This document shows positions 15,020 through 17,581 of a stretch of DNA of 17,581 nucleotides, piece by piece. A program made the position numbers and the translations under genes. This stretch comes from Candidatus Heimdallarchaeota archaeon (lineage in GTDB: Archaea > Asgardarchaeota > Heimdallarchaeia > Heimdallarchaeales > Heimdallarchaeaceae). The number at the start of each line of letters is the position of its first letter. The first letter of the stretch is position 1. The notes beneath the pieces are model-generated. The model was not told the origin of the DNA, did no database searches, and saw nothing but the letters and a program-made list of their open reading frames with translations. The stretch spans positions 1-17,581 of the forward strand of contig JAAFKJ010000007.1 of assembly GCA_021399395.1 (NCBI GenBank), given 5' to 3'.

Positions 15020-15679
15020 ATGAACCAGAGGATTGTCCAAATGTTTGAAAATAAGAAGGATCAAAGAATCGCTAGAATCATTGAATTACCTGTTCCGCTA
15101 GAATTCTTTGATATGCTTCAAGATCTGATTCAACATTATGGTAGTACTGATATGGCAATACTTGAATCTATCAAATCACATCATAAAGAGCAGTTTGGAA
15201 CTCTAGATGACTTTAAAATTTCAATTTCTTCAACTGGTACTAGACCTGTTCGACCAGCATCAAAAATCAATACTCCCGTAACTGATGCAAGACTAGCAAA
15301 GATTATCGCAAACGGAAAGAAAATGGAAAAACGAACCAAAAAGGAAATTGAAAAAGTAGACAATCTACTCGATAAGTTGGAAGATTTAACATCTTTCAAA
15401 GAGTTGAAAGATGAAATTAGCTCGATGAAATCAATGATTGAGCGGATACAAACAACTGGTGTGACATCAGGTAGAATAAGAGGGCCTAGGGCGGATTTGT
15501 CATCTATTGATGTGTCGATTGTTGATGGAGTTGATATACCCTTATCTGCTCCGGAACGCCCACTTCTGGATACTGTATTAGATGGTATGCTTTTCTTTGA
15601 TGATGAGGACCTCTTAGGTGATGAAGACCAAGATGAACAAAAAGAGGAAGAAAAAACCTCTGATAAAAAGAAATCTTAA
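15020..15679 (+). CDS. Hypothetical protein (possible N-terminal ribbon-helix-helix, central coiled coil, acidic tail)
   Basis: Long ORF (track start 14957). ATG 15020 preferred because CAAAAA-TAC-TTTAAATA at 14971-14987 looks like its promoter. Stop overlaps the GTPase stop by 4 nt. Confidence 0.7.
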   Translation: MNQRIVQMFENKKDQRIARIIELPVPLEFFDMLQDLIQHYGSTDMAILESIKSHHKEQFGTLDDFKISISSTGTRPVRPASKINTPVTDARLAKIIANGKKMEKRTKKEIEKVDNLLDKLEDLTSFKELKDEISSMKSMIERIQTTGVTSGRIRGPRADLSSIDVSIVDGVDIPLSAPERPLLDTVLDGMLFFDDEDLLGDEDQDEQKEEEKTSDKKKS

Positions 15680-16221
15680 GCGCCTAATTTCTTTGCTTGT
15701 TCTACAAGACGTTCGGCAATTTCACTAAAAGCTTCTTCTACATGAGCTCCTGTTAAAGCACTTGTTTGAAAACTATTATGACTTTTCATTTTGGTATGTG
15801 CTTCTTCACATTCCTTTTTGGAAACTGCTATTTGATCCTTCAAATCTTCTTTGTTTCCTACTAAAATCTTAACAACATCCTTTCCGCAGTTTTCAATGAA
15901 TTCTTTGCTCCATTTATGAACATTCTTCAGTGTTGCAGCTCTAGTGAGATCATAGACAAGTAGTGCTGCTTTTGCACCAGTGTAAAATGTATGACGAATA
16001 AACCTGAACCTTTCCTGGCCTGCTAGATCCCATATAGAAAGTGCCACTCTTGTTCCATCCTTCAAATCTACATGTTTCTCCGAAGGTTCCATTCCTATGG
16101 TCATTAAATATGAACTATCAAATCTATCATGAACGAATCTCTGAACGAGACTGGTTTTTCCAACAGCAGCGTCACCAAGTAAGAGAACCTTGAAATTATA
16201 ATCTGGTTGTAGTTTACTCAT
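15676..16221 (-). CDS. Rab-like small GTPase (Ras superfamily)
   Basis: G1 GDAAVGKT, G2 YLMTIG, G3 WDLAGQERF, G4 GNKED, G5 TSAL; RabF-like 'LSIW', 'RFRFI', 'FYTGA', 'LVYDLT'. ATG 16221 overlaps the upstream gene end (the track start 16230 is TTG). Confidence 0.95.
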   Translation of the reverse strand: MSKLQPDYNFKVLLLGDAAVGKTSLVQRFVHDRFDSSYLMTIGMEPSEKHVDLKDGTRVALSIWDLAGQERFRFIRHTFYTGAKAALLVYDLTRAATLKNVHKWSKEFIENCGKDVVKILVGNKEDLKDQIAVSKKECEEAHTKMKSHNSFQTSALTGAHVEEAFSEIAERLVEQAKKLGA

Positions 16222-16534
16222 TGTCTCCAACTCCTAATATACTAGATGCTTTTTCAAGTTCGTCATGAAGGCTGTTTATATAGAAGTTTTCGAATTTTCC
16301 TTCAGCTCTGTCAATTGTAGAAAGAGAGATGCACAAATCTAAAACGGCTTCTTTATGCTCTTTTTCAAGATCATTAGGTTTGTATGACTCTACCTTCTTT
16401 TGAGCTCTTTTAGCAAGATGGGCTATCTCTTTTTTACTAGTTATTCCGTTTTCATAAGAAGTAATAGTTTGTAGCATCCAAGTTACTGCTTGTTTGAGTT
16501 TGTTAAGATTTTCTAGAGGGGAAATAGTACTCAT
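16214..16534 (-). CDS. Hypothetical helical protein overlapping the GTPase start
   Basis: 106-aa ATG-started ORF with amphipathic helices; its end overlaps the GTPase ATG. No family recognised. Confidence 0.7.
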   Translation of the reverse strand: MSTISPLENLNKLKQAVTWMLQTITSYENGITSKKEIAHLAKRAQKKVESYKPNDLEKEHKEAVLDLCISLSTIDRAEGKFENFYINSLHDELEKASSILGVGDNE

Positions 16535-16590
16535 TACAAATAAGGAAAAGAAACCGCGTTAATATAATTTACGTTTGATAGCCAAGAAAT

Positions 16591-16618
16591 AACAATAAAA
16601 GGAGGGAAAAAATCCCTC
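16591..16618 (-). terminator. Hairpin plus U-tract terminator downstream of the wHTH gene
   Basis: - strand GAGGGA-TTTTT-TCCCTC followed by CTTTTATTGTT. Confidence 0.6.
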
Positions 16619-16660
16619 TCCACTCCCCTAATAAATGGAGCCAGTGACTCCAAAAGAAAC

Positions 16661-16933
16661 CTAAGCAGTTTGACTTATTTCGACTTGTTCCTCAACTAGG
16701 AACTCGAAATTTTCTCGTATACTTGGATCGAGATAATAGAATACACTTCTCATATCACTTAAATTGGACATTTTTTTGAGTATGCCTTTTTCTAATAATC
16801 TTCTTATACCATACCTTACTGTTCTTTCAGGTTGTTCTACGGAACTCAGGATCTGCTTCTGAGTCATAGGGCCATTTATGTCTAAGACCTTAATTATGTC
16901 TTCTCCACCGCGTGGCAATTTCCTTCTTTTCAT
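16661..16933 (-). CDS. Winged helix-turn-helix transcriptional regulator (MarR/ArsR-like, archaeal)
   Basis: 'IIKVLDINGPMTQKQILSSVEQPERTVRYGIRRLLEKGILKKMSNLSDMRSVFYYL' is a classic archaeal wHTH with a D-x-R wing. AGGTG RBS. Confidence 0.9.
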   Translation of the reverse strand: MKRRKLPRGGEDIIKVLDINGPMTQKQILSSVEQPERTVRYGIRRLLEKGILKKMSNLSDMRSVFYYLDPSIRENFEFLVEEQVEISQTA

Positions 16934-17037
16934 TTTTGTTACACCTTGATTTTTTAAATCCCTTCAACCAGCTCTCACTGATTGTCATGCTCTGTTGAGC
17001 CGAAATTTATTCGTGGTATTCTCTCCCAGCGTTAGTC

Positions 17038-17053
17038 CTTATAAACTTTTGGG
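17038..17053 (-). promoter_or_regulatory. Putative BRE-TATA promoter for the wHTH gene, giving a ~80-nt 5' leader
   Basis: - strand CCCAAAAG-TTTATAAG. Confidence 0.5.
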
Positions 17054-17134
17054 AGGCCCAAATACCTATACTCCAACGTATTTTAGCCGATTCTATACAT
17101 ATTCTTCATACGTATTTCTGTATTCCATTTTATT

Positions 17135-17581
17135 ATGAAATCTTCCGACTCAAAGGTTCTAGTACTTATAATTGTCCTTTTTCACTTATATACCTTTCTC
17201 ATTTCAAAGCAACAAACGAAAAAAACGGTATCTACAGTTATTTTTTTTGCACTTTTCTGTATTCTCTGTCGTAATACTTCAGTAACTTTCTTTTTTCTAC
17301 CTTCTCTAATCTTAGCTGTCAATTCGGTTAATTAGTTAAATTTAAAACAGTCTCATTCTTCTTTATGTTGTGACTGCCTTCAGAAAGCGAGAACTAATCT
17401 TATACTACGGTGTAGCTTATCTAATTACTGCTATACTTGAAACTATTTGGTTTACTATTCTCATTGGATCTTGGACTTTTCGTGATATAATGCTTAACTT
17501 CAGTATGTGGGGAATTATCTGGTTAGTTTCGTTATTCGCTTATCCTATGTTCTTTACTGATGCTCAAAGCAGCAATCTCGC
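17135..17581 (+). pseudogene. Fragmented or partial membrane-protein coding region, running off the window end
   Basis: Hydrophobic 66-aa ORF (17135-17335) followed in another frame by an open hydrophobic frame from 17346 (GTG at 17370: VTAFRKRELILYYGVAYLITAILETIWFTILIGSW...) to the window end. Could be a decayed gene or simply a gene starting at 17370. Confidence 0.35.

Noticed and set aside
11518-15399. Alternative ORFs 11518-11757, 13391-13648, 14439-14621 (+) and 15181-15399 (-)
   Set aside because: Antisense shadows inside the ESCRT-I, E1, PDCD5-like and hypothetical genes.
1-17581. CRISPR arrays, tRNA/rRNA genes, transposases or integrases
   Set aside because: No regularly spaced repeats, cloverleafs, long GC-rich RNA stretches or mobile-element motifs were seen by eye.

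Overview
AT-rich, gene-dense archaeal DNA (TATA/BRE promoters, GGTG/GAGG ribosome-binding sites, U-tract terminators), almost certainly from an Asgard archaeon and most consistent with Heimdallarchaeia. The core (6792-14112) is a eukaryote-like ubiquitin-ESCRT locus in two convergent blocks. The + block holds ESCRT-III Vps2/24/46-type, ESCRT-III Vps20/32/60-type, Vps4 (MIT-AAA) and Vps25. The - block holds ubiquitin (GG-S precursor), an E1 with a probable C-terminal ubiquitin-fold domain, a single-chain ESCRT-I (UEV + coiled coil + steadiness box + Vps28), a small ORF and Vps22/36. Flanking genes encode a roadblock protein, a Rab-like GTPase, a PDCD5-like protein, a lone A-type ATPase proteolipid, ApgM, an EamA transporter, an aminotransferase and a wHTH regulator. 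Asgard Ub-ESCRT clusters are already known. The most novel observations, all by-eye alignments with no database search, are: (i) the 110-aa ORF between ESCRT-I and Vps22 looks like a stand-alone paralogue of the Vps28 C-terminal four-helix bundle; (ii) the 469-aa ORF at 4172 looks like a B-box/Zn-coiled coil-PH/GLUE-like-steadiness-box protein, a candidate extra ESCRT-I subunit or membrane adaptor; (iii) the UEV keeps HPN with a clean Cys-to-Ser change; (iv) there is a promoter/terminator-bounded unannotated minus-strand unit at about 14680-14925; (v) there is a kink-turn-like leader upstream of the wHTH gene.
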